Shown in pieces: positions 1 through 12,942 of a stretch of 64,000 nt of DNA. A program made the translations under genes and the position numbers. Location of the stretch: the NCBI GenBank assembly GCA_001949185.1, contig BDGG01000008.1:1302001-1366000 (forward strand), in the 5' to 3' direction. Each line of letters starts with the position of its first letter. The stretch's first letter is position 1. The notes under the pieces are model-generated. The model ran no database searches, was not told the DNA's origin, and was given only the letters and a program-made list of their open reading frames with translations. The stretch comes from Ramazzottius varieornatus. Its lineage: Eukaryota > Animalia > Tardigrada.

Positions 1-354
1 AACCATGAATTTCAGCCTAGTCAGGAGGCAATGTTTGCCTACAAACATACCCCGCAAAACTCGCGCATTTCCGGTCCCGTTTCCGAGACTTGCGAAAAAC
101 CTAATTTCGCCTCACTCACGACTAATTTCCGTTGATCAAGCAAACTCAAATTTTAAGTCAACCGTTTGCGACATAAACAGCTCGTCGTGAGGAGGACCAT
201 TGTAACAGAGGGGCGGCACTTCAGGACGTCAGCCCAGATTTTCTGTGATGCAAATTTGATTGAGCGGGGAGCGCTTTTGCGTGCTGTTTTAGTCTAGTAC
301 GAGCTTCGTCTACCTCCATTCCGTTAAAACCTTGCTGTTTCATGCAGATCCAGA

Positions 355-720
355 ATGCCGCGTGTATCCGCTTCCAAATCGGCGAAGAATAGTGGGAGGA
401 AATGGGCTGCCGAAGACAATGGCGAACCGGCGGACAGCCGGGACGGGTCGCGGAGGGATGAAGACCAGACTGGCCCAACTCCATTCAATCTCTCCACGCG
501 ATTCAAGGCGGATGTTCTGAAGAAGTGCTTGTCCAGTGGCTTTGAGGACTCCAAGACCAAGCTATCCAACGAAGCCCTCATCATGATGGCCGAAGCTCTC
601 CGTTTTACTGTTTATGAAACGCTGGCCAGAGCTGTAAATCAGGCGAGTGCCGAACAAGTCAACACCGTGGAAGTCTCTCACGTTGAGAAGATTTTGCCGC
701 AGCTGATGCTTGATTTTTAA
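355..720 (+). CDS. CENPX: Centromere protein X / MHF2 (STRA13) histone-fold protein with an N-terminal extension of about 45 aa
   Basis: Intronless 121-aa ORF. The segment FEDSKTKLSNEALIMMAEALRFTVYETLARA...VEKILPQLMLDF matches CENP-X. A splice acceptor (tttcatgcag) lies just upstream of the ATG. Confidence 0.92.
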   Translation: MPRVSASKSAKNSGRKWAAEDNGEPADSRDGSRRDEDQTGPTPFNLSTRFKADVLKKCLSSGFEDSKTKLSNEALIMMAEALRFTVYETLARAVNQASAEQVNTVEVSHVEKILPQLMLDF

Positions 721-945
721 TGTGTTCTGCCGTATTCCACGACGGTGATGTCTTGTGGCGATCTGTAAATATTTTACCCTTGATTTTCTTGTTTTATTGA
801 TTGAATGCGTTTATTCGAGTAATTACTAACTTTAATTTTAGTTCTTTCGGTCTGAATTCTGCGGTAAACATGAGCCGTCTCCTCTTCTCCTGTTGACGCC
901 CATAGTTGAATGAAACTGGGCTGTTCATCTCTTGCGAGTGTACTA

Positions 946-3304
946 ATGGATGCGACCGTCTCTGTTACGGTGGTTGGTCCACCGGAAGCGCCTGTTGTCG
1001 TAAAGGTACAGTATCATAACGCACCGGACTAGAATCGATCCTAGGACCAATCTCTGTATGGGTACATCGTGACACTTTCACTGGACATCATTTTCTCTTG
1101 CAGAAGACCATTCAGATCGTGAGCGAATCGAAAGGACTGGCGGCGATCAAGACCGAATACATTCTGAAAGATTATGTGCGCGAAGTGGACGTTGAATTTC
1201 TCTCCACTGCTGACCGAGAGAAGCTGGGGGTTAACGAGATTAACGCTGAAGCGAACGGAGATCAAGTCTCCTCAGGCAACGGTGCACCAAAGCTGAAAGG
1301 AAGAAACAAGAAGCGAGCCAAAGCTGGTTACCGGGACGCCATTAAAGTCTGCTCATACGTTCTGCAGAATAAACTATGTCCATATGGCGAGAAGTGTCGC
1401 TTTGCTCATGACGCCACCAGCTACCTCTCGTCGAAACTCCCGGACATTGGTGATAAGTGTATAAACATTGAGAGACGTGGAGTTTGCCATTACGGTATGA
1501 CATGTAGGTTTGCATCGAAAGACCACGCTCCAATAACTGAACAAGCGACTCAGTCTAACGCAGGAGAGACAGAAAAGACGTTCCATCCCGATGAAAGAAA
1601 TGGTTTGACGAGGGAAGTCCAACGCATTTTACGGAAACGAACCTTCGTCTTCCAGAAACGAAACAGAAATCAAGACGTTGAGACCAAGAAGCAGAAGCAG
1701 GCGGAAGACGGACAGAAGGACTCGGCGGAAGTAGAGCTCGAACCTTTGGTCGATCTTGCCCTGAACGATAAACCAAGTTAGTGTATTATGCAAAACAGTA
1801 ATTGATATACAGGTACTCTTTACAGTTACTCGAAGAATTTTTTTTGGTTTAAGGTGTGGAAGAGAAGCCGCTCGGATCGGTGACGGATGAAGACCAGATT
1901 CCTCTTCGGCCTTCCGAGAAGAAGAAGCTTGACTTCCGCAACAAGCTCTACCTGTCCCCGCTGACGACCGTTGGCAACCTGCCCTTCCGAAGAATATGCA
2001 AGCGTCTCGGTGCGGACATCACGGTAGGTGAGATGGCTCTTGCCCGCCAGCTTCTGGCAGGACAGCAGAGCGAGTGGGCCTTGATGGTGCGCCACTCCAG
2101 CGAGGACTTCTTCGGCGTACAGGTGGCCGGAAGTAAGCCCGACGAGATGAAGAAGCTAGCGTACCTTCTTCGTTCCGAAGTTTCTGTAGACTTTGTGGAC
2201 ATTAATTCGGGGTGTCCGATTGACTTGGTGTGTAATAGTGGCAGTGGGTGTGCGTTGATGGGAAGACTACCGAGAATGCAGGGCCTGGTGCAGAACATGG
2301 TGGAAGTGCTGGATGTACCGCTGACCGTGAAGATGAGGACGGGGATTCATGATGGGAAGAATATCGCGCATGAACTGATCCCGAAGCTGAGGGAATGGGG
2401 AGTCAGCTCGGTCTCGCTTCATGGACGGTCCAAAGAGCAAAGGTTAGTCTTGAGTTCATTACCTACGAAAGCCCACTGTAATGTTTGGGATGTAATGTGT
2501 AATACTGTAATACATATGTTGTATGCATATGGTGTGTCACGTCATGTTATGAATGGTGTGTGATGTAACAGGGTGTCAAGTCATGTATGTAAGCAAGGTG
2601 ATATGCATGGGTCATGTGATATGTTACTGACTTGGCGGACTTCCTGGTTGCTTTTCTTCTTCGACGGATTTTGCTCTTGCAGGTACACCAAACTGGCCGA
2701 TTGGGATTACATTGCCCACTGCGCCGAGATCGCCGATCCGCTACCTCTCTTCGGTAACGGTGATGTGATGAACTTTGAAGATTACTACCATTACAAGGAA
2801 AACAGCAAGATTGCCGGCGCTCTGTTGGCTCGCGGAGCACTGATCAAGCCTTGGCTCTTCACGGAGATAAAGGAGAAGCGTCACTGGGACATCTCAGCTC
2901 AAGAACGTCTTGACATCTTCAGGGAATACACTAACAACGGCTTGGACCATTGGGGCACTGATACGCGAGGCGTGGAGAGCACCCGAAGGTTCCTGTTGGA
3001 GTGGATGTCCTTCACGCATCGCTATATCCCGCTGGGCATTCTAGAGCGACCTATCCACAGGATCAACGAGAGACCACCTTGTAAGTTAAACTTGAGAGTT
3101 CACATGTTGTCACAGCTGGAAGAAGGAACGGTTGATGAGACAGGAGTTTTTTTCCTTCCAGACTACTGCGGCAGGTCGGACCTGGAGACTTTGCTGAGCT
3201 CGTCACATTGCAGGGACTGGATTAAGGTTACGGAGATGTTGTTGGGTCCGGTCCCCGACGGCTTTACATTCTTACCTAAACATAAAGCGAACGCATGGAA
3301 ATAA
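946..3304 (+). CDS. DUS3L: tRNA-dihydrouridine(47) synthase DUS3-like (CCCH zinc fingers + Dus domain), about 5 exons
   Basis: CCCH fingers (CSYVLQNKLCPYGEKCRFAH), plus LYLSPLTTVGNLPFRRIC, DINSGCPID, HGRSKEQR|YTKLADW, ARGALIKPW and the C-terminal FLPKHKANAW. Approximate exons: 946-1005, 1104-1777, 1854-2442, 2682-3080, 3162-3304. Confidence 0.95.
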
Positions 3305-4190
3305 TCCCAACGGCTCTCAGTATATGTATAACTTCAGGTTTTTGTGTACGGTGTTTGTGATCTGTCACTATATACAGTGCGTACTGAAGAAACTTGTTCT
3401 GGCGTTTTCTTGTGCTGTAGATCGGTACACTGGCTTGTGTCGGGCTTCTCGACGACAGGTGAGTCGCCAACATATATTACCTTATTTACTTCTATACACA
3501 AGAAGAGCACTCTGGTGAATGGGTCTTGTAAACACGAAAGTATTACAGCCCGCCGAACAAGGCCAAGTATAGCCCGGTGAATGATGTAGAACTATATGCG
3601 GGTTACTCTGAACGTCAGTTAAGCGTTTCGAATGCTGACGACGAGAGGTCCTGATAGATACGGAAGCACCTTGGCAGATGGATGACTTGCATATTGTCGA
3701 AGGAAGACTGACATTGATCAACGGTAGTTTTGCCGTTGAGAAACATGTACATCATCTCCCCTTGTGTTCTCCCAGCACGGTGTATGGATCAGGTTGTCGA
3801 CATGATAGAGGTGGCAGTGGGTCGTGGAACCAAGTGGGTGCTGTGTTTGTTGCACCTGCATAAGGCAGTTGGTGCACTCAGTTCCACCAGCTGTCGTGAA
3901 GGATCTTGTTGTTGCCGGCACTGATAATTGACGCAGCAGGCTTGCATCACCTTGAATGATAGCATATCGTCTTTGAATAAATTCCGGGCGTGATTTATAC
4001 TACAATGCCGACGTTAAATAATTCTGTTTAGTCATCGATAACAACTCGATAATGTTGAATTAGAGTATGATGGCGTCTGTTGTTGAGTTATCTACGGTCT
4101 TGTGGATGATCTGCATTCCTTAACCGCCATCGGTGACAATCCGCGATTTTGAAGACGGGAGGAAGTTAACGGACTTTGAGCAATTAAAGG

Positions 4191-6739
4191 ATGGGACAGA
4201 ACACGAGAAAACGCCATCCCGATGTGGATACTGGATGGGCGTGGGCCTCCTTGCTGTCCGCTTTCATGGTCCAAGTGATCATGATCGGGCTGATCCTCAG
4301 CATGGGAGTATTTTACTCGGATATCCTAACCCAGTTCAACAAGGGACCGGTGCTCACGGGCTGGGTCATTGCGGTCAACGGTGCGATGAACACCCTCGTA
4401 GGTAAGGTAAGCCATCCTTGCATATTCAGGCGGTCCCGTCCTACCCATCCTCAGCCGCGCACTGTCTTCCACTGCATATGCTTCAGTCGCGCAACGCGAA
4501 GAGTTGTTCTTACAGGTCCAATCGGAAGTACGTTGTCCAATCGGTATGGCTTCACATTGGTCATATTCCTTGGGTCGCTCATTTCGTTTTCCGGGTTCTT
4601 CATCACCTACTTCGCCAATGACTTTTGGCTTGTATTCTTCTGCTTCGGATTCTTGACCGGTTTGTTATCTCTCTAAACTACAGTACCGACACCTCAATGT
4701 TATCTTTCGGCCAAATTCAGACATTCAGAGCTCAGCAGAACAGAATTACCGGTTACTCTTACAGGAATCGGTTCCGGGTTGGGCATGGCCGCAAGTTTCG
4801 GTGTGGTTGCCGTCTACTTCGACCGCCACCAACGCCTCGCATCGTCAGTTCTCACCCTGGGAATCGGCCTGGGCCTTCTCATTTTCCCGGTTCTCAACCG
4901 CATCCTCATTGAACACTACACCTGGCGCGGCGCCTCTCTGGTCCTATCTGCCATTAGTCTCCACAGTATCGCCTTCTCCTGCGTGTTCGTCCACCAGCCC
5001 CGACTAAAGACCTCCAAGTCTCTGGCAGACAACGCCGACTTTTCTCTCTTTCGAAAGATCTCATTCTACATCATAGTCCTGCACTTCTTCCTCCTAGCGG
5101 GCTACAGTCTCTTCATCCAGCTAGCTGTCAGATATGCCTCCCAAAATGTGGGTATCACTGCACATCAAGCGGTTCTAGCACTGAGTTCGCACGGCTTCTT
5201 CAATATCTGTGGGAGACTGATGGCCATTGCGTTCACTTCGACCAGGATGGCGGCGCCACTGGGTGTTAGGTTCTGGGCGTTCCATGTGGCTACCTTAGCC
5301 ACGGCGGCGGGGATTATAATGTACGCGTGGTCCAGTACGTTGATGGCGGTCTTGGCTTGGTCCGGAGCGGTGGGCTTCTTCGTGGGTGTACGGTGGAGTT
5401 TCTTACCGGGAATACAGATGGAGATACTTTCACCGAGGAGGTTCGCCACGTCGTTCTCGTATGGGCTGTGTGCTATGGGAATCGCCACCTTGATATTTCC
5501 GCCCCTTGGTGGTAAGCTAAACCCAAAGACTACTGTAAACTCCTGGTTAGCTGGCCACAGGACACTTTCGACACGGGGGGAGAGGAGATGGAAAACATCT
5601 GGCCAGTGCGGACAGTTTTCCGTGTTGTCTGACCTATCGATCGCCTGATTAGTACACACATCGACCAAATATTTGACCGGCTATCCGGCCAGTCATTTTA
5701 AACGGAGCGGTTTCGTTTGAGTGATTCAGCTGATCAGCAGTTTCCAGTAACAGTGTTGAAGGATAAACGGGAGCAGGCAAATGGATTGAATTAAGTCTTC
5801 TCCGCAAGTGGCACACTCATCCAGCCAATAACGCTAATGATGTGCGCCACTGCGAAAACAGTCTGTCTAGCTTTTCAAGTGGCTCACGCTTCCAGTCAGT
5901 AACAACGAGAACATACGCCACTGGAGACAACGATCTGGTTTATAAGCTCTTTCAGTATGAAGTTGCCAATAGCTCCAATAGGTCTTCTCGTTTTTTGCTA
6001 GCAAGATCCACTCGAAGCATTGAAGATACCCATAATTTATGGGCCCAGGGAAAAACAACTTTCTGTTGACAAAATTGAATTTTTTAAGCTTTCCTTTCCC
6101 ATTTGGCAGTTTTCCGAATAGGACTTGCTTTGTCAAAACCGAAACGGGTAACCGAAAGTCCTTTTGTTGTTGTCCGTGTTGACAACAAGAATGGATTTTT
6201 TAAAGCGCTGGTGTCGACAAAAGACTTTTCTATAAGGACGTCACAGTTTTCTACATTGCGCTAGAAACAGAAACAGCTCCACAACATGAGGCTGAAGTGG
6301 ATCTTTCTTATGCTCGAACGGAAGATATGTTCCATAAGAAAGAGGAGATCGAAATTTCGCTTCTGTTCGGTGAAAGATTTTTTTGAAATAAGCGTTCGGA
6401 AAACGGCAACTTTATATGGGAAAGACCTGATTGTTCGTTAGCGCATCTTGCAAAGTACAACCTTCTTCTCAGATTTTTTTTGTTCTAGTTTGCCGGGAGT
6501 TGGTCTTCACTCCGAACCTGTTGGAATGAAAACGTATCACTTTTTCAGAGTGGATAGCGGTGGTGGCATCGACGCCGGAAGCGCCGTTCTATCTGGGAGG
6601 TGTCTGCGTGGCTTTGGCAGGTGGCGCGATGATTCTGCTACAGGGAGTGTTCAAACCAAAGTCCCCTGATAACAAAGCAATGGATCATATGGAATCGGTG
6701 GAAGAAAAAATGCTGCGAACGGGGTCGGTCCTCTTATAG
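4191..6739 (+). CDS. SLC16/monocarboxylate transporter family MFS protein, 4 exons
   Basis: N-terminal PDVDTGWAW motif, YFDRHQRLA and YTWRGASLVL motifs, many TM segments. Approximate exons: 4191-4401, 4516-4659, 4765-5511, 6549-6739 (last exon ends ...LRTGSVLL*). Confidence 0.88.
5769..5875. repeat. Palindromic element copy (SLC16 intron)
   Basis: CAAGTGGCACAC..CCAGCCAA..GTGCGCCACTGCGAAAAC. Confidence 0.7.
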
Positions 6740-7232
6740 CATTAAGAGCAGTTTAGTTTCTGCTCAATTTTCCCCTTAAATTTCCCATTTGATTACTCTG
6801 GCTTTGACTCCGATACATCCAAAGTTCTCTTTAGAACTGTTCTAAAGTTTTTCAGTTCGCACTTTGCAGTTTAGATAGCATGCATACGTGGTCAAGCCGT
6901 TATTAAGCTTGGTTTGTCAAGAAGAATGAAGAGTTTCGAGTGCTGTCATACAGTTGTTCCATTCTTTGGCAGAAGTCTCCCTTTCGATGTCAAAATCGCC
7001 GATTACCGAACAGGACAACAGGTGGCTTTGCCCACAGGCTCCGCAAACTGTCTTCTCGGTACACAACAGTCAGATGCGTGGGGAGACATGCGCGAATGGA
7101 TACCAGAGTCCGGAAAGAGAGGCAGGTTCTTTGTGCCAGTTGTCGAAGATAGGCTGATATTGGCTTTGGTTCCCGGCGAAGACATAGCTGTTTTCCGTTT
7201 TGCCGCCGTCGGAAAGGCTGGTGCTCCGAGCT

Positions 7233-7732
7233 TAGCGCTGGCAAAAGTACGATAAAGTTCGATACGATATTTTTCGATACAGTATCGGCGGATATTTTAT
7301 TGCGGCCTTCGATATTTATTCGATACCGATATTTCGATGCGATATTTTTCCGATACCGTGTTTTCGATATATCGTATCATATCGCAGCGATATATCGATA
7401 TTTCTGCAATTTTGGGTTTTCGGAATTCCACTGGTTCAAGCCCAAAAACTCAAGCCGATTTCCACATAAAGTACTAGTAAGATCGAAAGCGTCGGATGCA
7501 GCAAAGACATGACTATACCAAGACTTCAAACACATGGAGACCTGGACAGAAATAGTACCAGAACCGAATTGGCGGAGTGTGCTCGGTACAGCATGGCCAA
7601 AATCAAGTCTTTGAAATCAACCATGGTCTTCCGTAAACGAGATAACACTGGCGAGTTTGCCATTCAGCAAAATACCGATATATCGATAATATATCGATAA
7701 TATATCGACATACCGTATCGTTGCCAGCACTA
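7233..7732. mobile_element. Non-autonomous hAT-like MITE with GATATCG/TATCGATA-rich subterminal arrays
   Basis: Ends TAGCGCTGGCAA...TTGCCAGCACTA are inverted repeats. CCGAGCT is repeated in both flanks (imperfect, offset TSD). Same type of element as 17784-21271. Confidence 0.7.
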
Positions 7733-9450
7733 TGACCGAGCTAGTTCTTGTTTGCTGAATGCTGGCAGGTTGGACTGGACAAGCTAACTTAGGGGGAATA
7801 TCCTTCGGAGTATATTACTCGCGTAGAGTGAGCCCCGATAACTGGCAAAACCTGCGGAAGAAGGACGAAACAGACGGGAAGAAGGGAACTGGGAAGAAAG
7901 GAACAACTTACGAGCGCAGGGCAGCAGAAATTACGAGGGCGGATTACTGTTTTTCAAGTTCACAGAGCTTCGGTTATCGGGTTAAATATTTCGAATAAAT
8001 ATTCCGGGTTTGAATCCGAAGGTTCCAGCCGTTCTTTAGAATTTATTCAATGACATGAGTCAATAGCATCATGAAATACCCCATCAGTCCGGCCGGCCGA
8101 CAGGAAATATTGAAGTTTTCGACAATTTTGAAACTTTACTGCTGGTGCTTGCAACCAGTGGGACCACTGTGATACCGTACGGGCAAGTCATATGTATGGT
8201 GGGCCGCGCGACTCAAAAGTCTACAGTACTTTTACCGCGGGTGCATGCGCGGGGAAACACTTTATCCGCGCACCCACCCGCGGATGAAGTCGAGTTTTTC
8301 CGCGCGTACACCCGCGGATGAAGTCGAGTTTTTCCGCGCGTACACCCGCGGATGGTGATGTAGGCATATATGAGTATTATATTGAATTAAAACTTATTAT
8401 GCTTTTTGCATCTAATATATCATATCAACATTTATTTGATGCCTCGGCCGAGGCGGAATCTCTATTAGTATTAAATTAAATGAAAGCCGCAGCTAGAATT
8501 ATCATAGTAAAATCAAGCCGCAGGGCGCTCCGTATTAAAATTATTACAATGCGGATTTTAGCTTCAGTTGATTAAAGTAATGCTTGATTTGCGCCCGCAA
8601 CAAGCGTGAAACTGTGCACAGTGTGCTGTATGCCAGTAAATCTCACCCATCAAGGACCTGCGCATGTGCTACACTCACGAACGTTCAAATGTGGTGACTT
8701 GATTGAAGCAGCTTATTTGATTGGTGGATACAGGAGTGCGATTTCGGGGACTCACTTGCATACCCACCATTCACGCTGTAAAAAACGCATTGCAGCGCGA
8801 TCGTGCAATGCGTTTGGGATGACTGTCATCCCAAGGATGCCAGCACGGCTTGAAAGAGGGACTTCCCCGAGCACCAGGCAGAACAGACAACAGCCGCTAA
8901 AACTGCTGTTATTTGTGGACGGTTCCTTGATAGTACTTTTAACTGACAATTCCTGACCTTTTTATTGCTGGAAATGGATGAAACTGTTTTGCTGGGGAAA
9001 TTTCTAAGTGAGAAAGTTATCTTTTCCCGTTGACCTGTGGATCTAAAAATATTATAACATATTATAATAAGAACCCAGCGACGCAAGTTAATATATTAAC
9101 ATTATATTAGATGCTCTGCGGTCGGGGCATATTGTATCGAGGTTATATTAGAACGCTGGCAGCCCGGGCTTATTAAATTAATATTATATTAGGTTGCGAT
9201 ACACTTATGCCAACTTCACTACTCGCGGACAGGGGCGCGTTGACCCATAAGGCTGACGAGGCTCAGCTTGTCCCAAAGTCCAAATTCTCAGCCTCGACAG
9301 GCTGGGAAAATAGCTGGGAAAATGGAAGCAAAAGTAGCAGCCTCGTGAGGCCAGCCTCTGGCTGGCCGAAATTTTTTTTACCTGTTAGCCATTCTGACCG
9401 GTTTTTGAACGTAACTACCAGTACAAGCGCCTACTTCTGGGCATGAACAC

Positions 9451-9550
9451 AACTGTGGGCCACGGAGCGAAAGCGGCGCTGCTCCGATTGACTTAATGGA
9501 TTGGTCAACCCCGACTGGCCCGTGCCGTCTTCGTTCCGTGGCCCACAGTT
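9451..9550. repeat. 100-bp palindromic MITE-like element
   Basis: AACTGTGGGCCACGGAGCGAA ... TTCGTTCCGTGGCCCACAGTT: a 21-bp inverted repeat with one mismatch. Confidence 0.65.
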
Positions 9551-9762
9551 TTGACCATGCTCACATTTAGGCCACGCGCGTGTACAGTATGAAGTGGACT
9601 GTTAACTTTAATCTCAAGATTAACGTTTTTTACTCTGTTTCGATGCAAAGCCAGGCTAAGCGCTGTATGAACAGAGTTCGAAAAATGCGGCAAGAGCGCC
9701 AGAGAAAAAGAGGGTATATAAAACAAAAACAACCAACTTTTTCGTTTTTAAAATCTCAAAAT

Positions 9763-12700
9763 CTAAACCAGCAGAAGTACATCTACGTTGTTCTTGCACC
9801 ACATGAAATTCGAGAAGTTTAGCCCGCTCAGATAGTTCTTAAAACTCAACAAGCTATTTACATAAAGAGCAGATGGACAAAAAAGGCTATCTTTGAGCAA
9901 TGCCTCGGCGATGTATGCAAACGAGCCGGAAGTGGACTCAAGAAGCTTGCAGGACAGTGGAGCGGTGGAGACAGGCAGCATCATCAGGATTTTGGCTTGA
10001 CTCCTTGTTTTCAAGTTCCGGCTTGGTTCTTGGCTCTTCAGCAGACGATTACCGTTGGCAAAATTACCAGTCCAAATTCGAAAGACGTTCACCAGGAGGT
10101 TCTCACAGCGTCGATGCCAGAGTGGCTTCCATGCGACTTCTTGCAAATGCTGGCGGTATCGCTTGAAGTCTGGATCGTGCCTGTCTTTGTCTGCTCGGCT
10201 TAATCGGATGTTCTGCAGGAACTTCTTTTGAATGGATTCCAGCTGTCTTTGCAGGTCGTAGGGAACCAGCATGACGAGGCATAGTCGTGGACTGCTCTTA
10301 CGAGGCTCTTGTAAAGAAGCTGCTTCACTGCTCCATATCGTTGGGGAAAGAACGCGTTGACAGCGTAAAATCTTTGCCTGCACTTGGCCGTCACTTTGTC
10401 CACTTGGGCTGTCCATTCGAGCTTGCTTGAGAATGTTACGCCGAGGCAAACTGCTTCATTCACCAAAGGGATCTTCTTGCCACTAATCACGTAGTATTCG
10501 CCTGGAACCTTCACACTCTTGTCCCGCTTGTTCGAGATCCGGAGGTGCTGCGACTTTTCCGGATTGATTTCGAGGCCGACTTCTTTACACCATGCTTCTA
10601 ACCGTTGGAAATCTTGCTGGAGAACAACGCAGTCTTCATGTTTCTTGATTGTTCGAGACAGAACAATGTCATCGGCGTACTGCATGACCGTGGAACTGAT
10701 GCTTTTGGCTAGGCTGTTAACGGCAATGGTGAAGAGAAGTGGGCCAAGAATTGAACCCTGCGGTACACCAGATGGGACAGATCGTGCCGACGAGAAATGT
10801 CCCTCAACCACGACTCTTTGGCTCCTTCCTTTCAAGTAATCAGACAGCAAACCTTTCATCTCACCATTCACTCCATGACTTGACAGGCTAGCGACGATGG
10901 ACGAGTGCGGAAGCTTGTCGAAGGCTTTCGAACAGTCCAAAAAAACCACGTCTTCTTCGTCTCTTTGTAAGAGGGCTTGCGAGTATTGGTGAGCCATATG
11001 GAGCAACTGCATTTCCGTCGACCTCTGCTTTCTGAATCCGTACTGCGTATCTGAAAGTAGATTATTCTGATCAAGATAGTTACTCAGATGACTCGCCACA
11101 ATCTTCTCGAACAGCTTGGATAATGGTGGTAGAAGGGAGATGGGACGAAAGGAAGAGCTTCCCTTCTTTGGTATTGGTACCACTTCGGCCTGCTTCCACG
11201 CTGGGGGAATTCTCTTTTGCTGACGATCAGGTTGAACAGTCTTGACAAGGGATATACTACAGATGTTCCCGCGATCTTGAGTAGCTGGTTGGTTATCAGG
11301 AAGGAACCAGCAGCTTTAGCAGAGTTAGGCGTTGGATTTGCTTCAAGATCACCGAGGTAGTGAAGTGAAGTGGCGGGCAGTGGGGTGTCTCTGGGGGCTC
11401 AACACGTATCGGCTCACCATGGCTAACGGTTGATGGCAGGCAGTGGCGTGGACAGGCAGAGTACACTTTGGAGAATTCTTGGCTGATAAACTCGGCTTTG
11501 TCTTGCGGATCTACGATGTACTTCTCAACATGACCAGGTATCGGGATAGGCGGGATAGATGCAGCGGAGGTGTTCTTCTTGACATGTTTCCAGACTGCTC
11601 GGGGATTTCTGCGGGATGCTTTTGCGATGCCATAAAGACGACGATGCTTGTCAGACTGGATGATCCTTCTCTTGCTAACTTTGAGCTCCTTCCAACTTGA
11701 ATAATCTGCTTGATCCCTTGTTCTTCTCCATTTCTTAAAGGCACTTCCACATCTTCGCAAGCTATCAATAGCTCTTTCGGAGAGGGAAGGACGATGAAGA
11801 CGCTTGGCTCCGACAGACTTCAACTGAAAAGCACTCTTCGCAGCAGCGATGAATTTATCCTGAAAAACAGTAACGGCAACATCGACATTGCACATCAAAT
11901 CAAACACCTGGCCCCAATCAATCGATGATAGTGCAGTCTTAAAAACATTGATATTCTCCCCGTCAATTTTCCACACCAGCTTTGGCTTCGTCTTGAAGTT
12001 CGGAGTCATAAGCATCAGCTTGGGTTCGATGGCTTGATGGTCACATGTAGCTGAAGGTGGGTTGACGATCCTGGTGTTGCGAACGAAGCCCAGTTGGGTA
12101 ACGAAGAGCTGGTCGAGTGATGATTCGCTTCGTCCCCGCTTTCGAGTGGTGCCTTTCACTTTCTGCCACAGTTTAAACTCGTTCTTCAACTGGATCAAAT
12201 CCCTGTCCCTTTCCGACTTTTCACTTGTATCGCCATCCCAGACTATCTTTGGACAATTAAAGTCACCAACTAGGAGAATATTCCGCCGTAAGAATGGTGG
12301 AATGAGCTCCATCGACGTGCGAAGCTTCGAGAAGACTTGGACATCATAAGCTGGCGCATAAACTACTCCGATCAGGACGTTCAAACGCAAGCAAATCAGC
12401 TTGATCCACATCACCTCCACACCGTCCACTTCCAGGCTCTCCATTCTGACAGCTTGTAGCCCTTTCTTGACGGCGATGGCTACTCCTCCTCCCGCTTGCT
12501 TCTTGCATCCTTCTCGATCCTTCCGGAAGAGATTGTAATGTTCAGGGTCAGCAATCAAACAATCAGGGGTAGAGTTGTCTGCCCAAGTTTTGACCAAGGC
12601 GACGATATCCGCCTTCTTCTCGCCCATCCATCTCTTGGTCTCCCCGCTTTTGCTTCTGATGCCATTGACGTTTCCGTACAAGAACGTCAGCTTCTTCCCG

Positions 12701-12942
12701 ATTTCACCTGAAAACCTAAGAGGAGGCATCTCGCAGTCGATAAGAGAGGTTCCGAAGAAAAAAGTTAAAAAAGTCACATGCCAATTGATCTCGTGAAGGA
12801 TAACTATACAAAAACTTTGCTGATACAAAAACTTCGCTGAGATGTTAAGACAGGCACGCAGTGAAGTCTGGAAATAATGCGCGGAAAATGCGGCGTTGCT
12901 CAAGTGTGGAGTATCTGGATGAAATATGGGCAAAAACATCAT
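9763..12942 (-). mobile_element. LINE non-LTR retrotransposon (CR1/L2/jockey-like) ORF2: APE endonuclease + reverse transcriptase, frameshifted
   Basis: APE motifs YGNVNGIRSK, LVGDFNCP, LDQLF and CDH. RT motifs FRPISLL, QYGFRKQRST, FLDCSKAFD, GVPQGSILGPLLF and YADD. The coding region is split over three ORFs, and the APE 'ETW' motif reads KTW, so this copy is probably inactive. Likely ATG at 12729. Confidence 0.93.

Noticed and set aside
2443-2681. ATG/TGT-rich DUS3L intron as a snoRNA host
   Set aside because: No convincing C/D or H/ACA boxes with a terminal stem; it looks like low-complexity sequence.
3580-3960. Coding-like minus-strand stretch between DUS3L and SLC16
   Set aside because: All frames are interrupted by stops and no family is recognisable.
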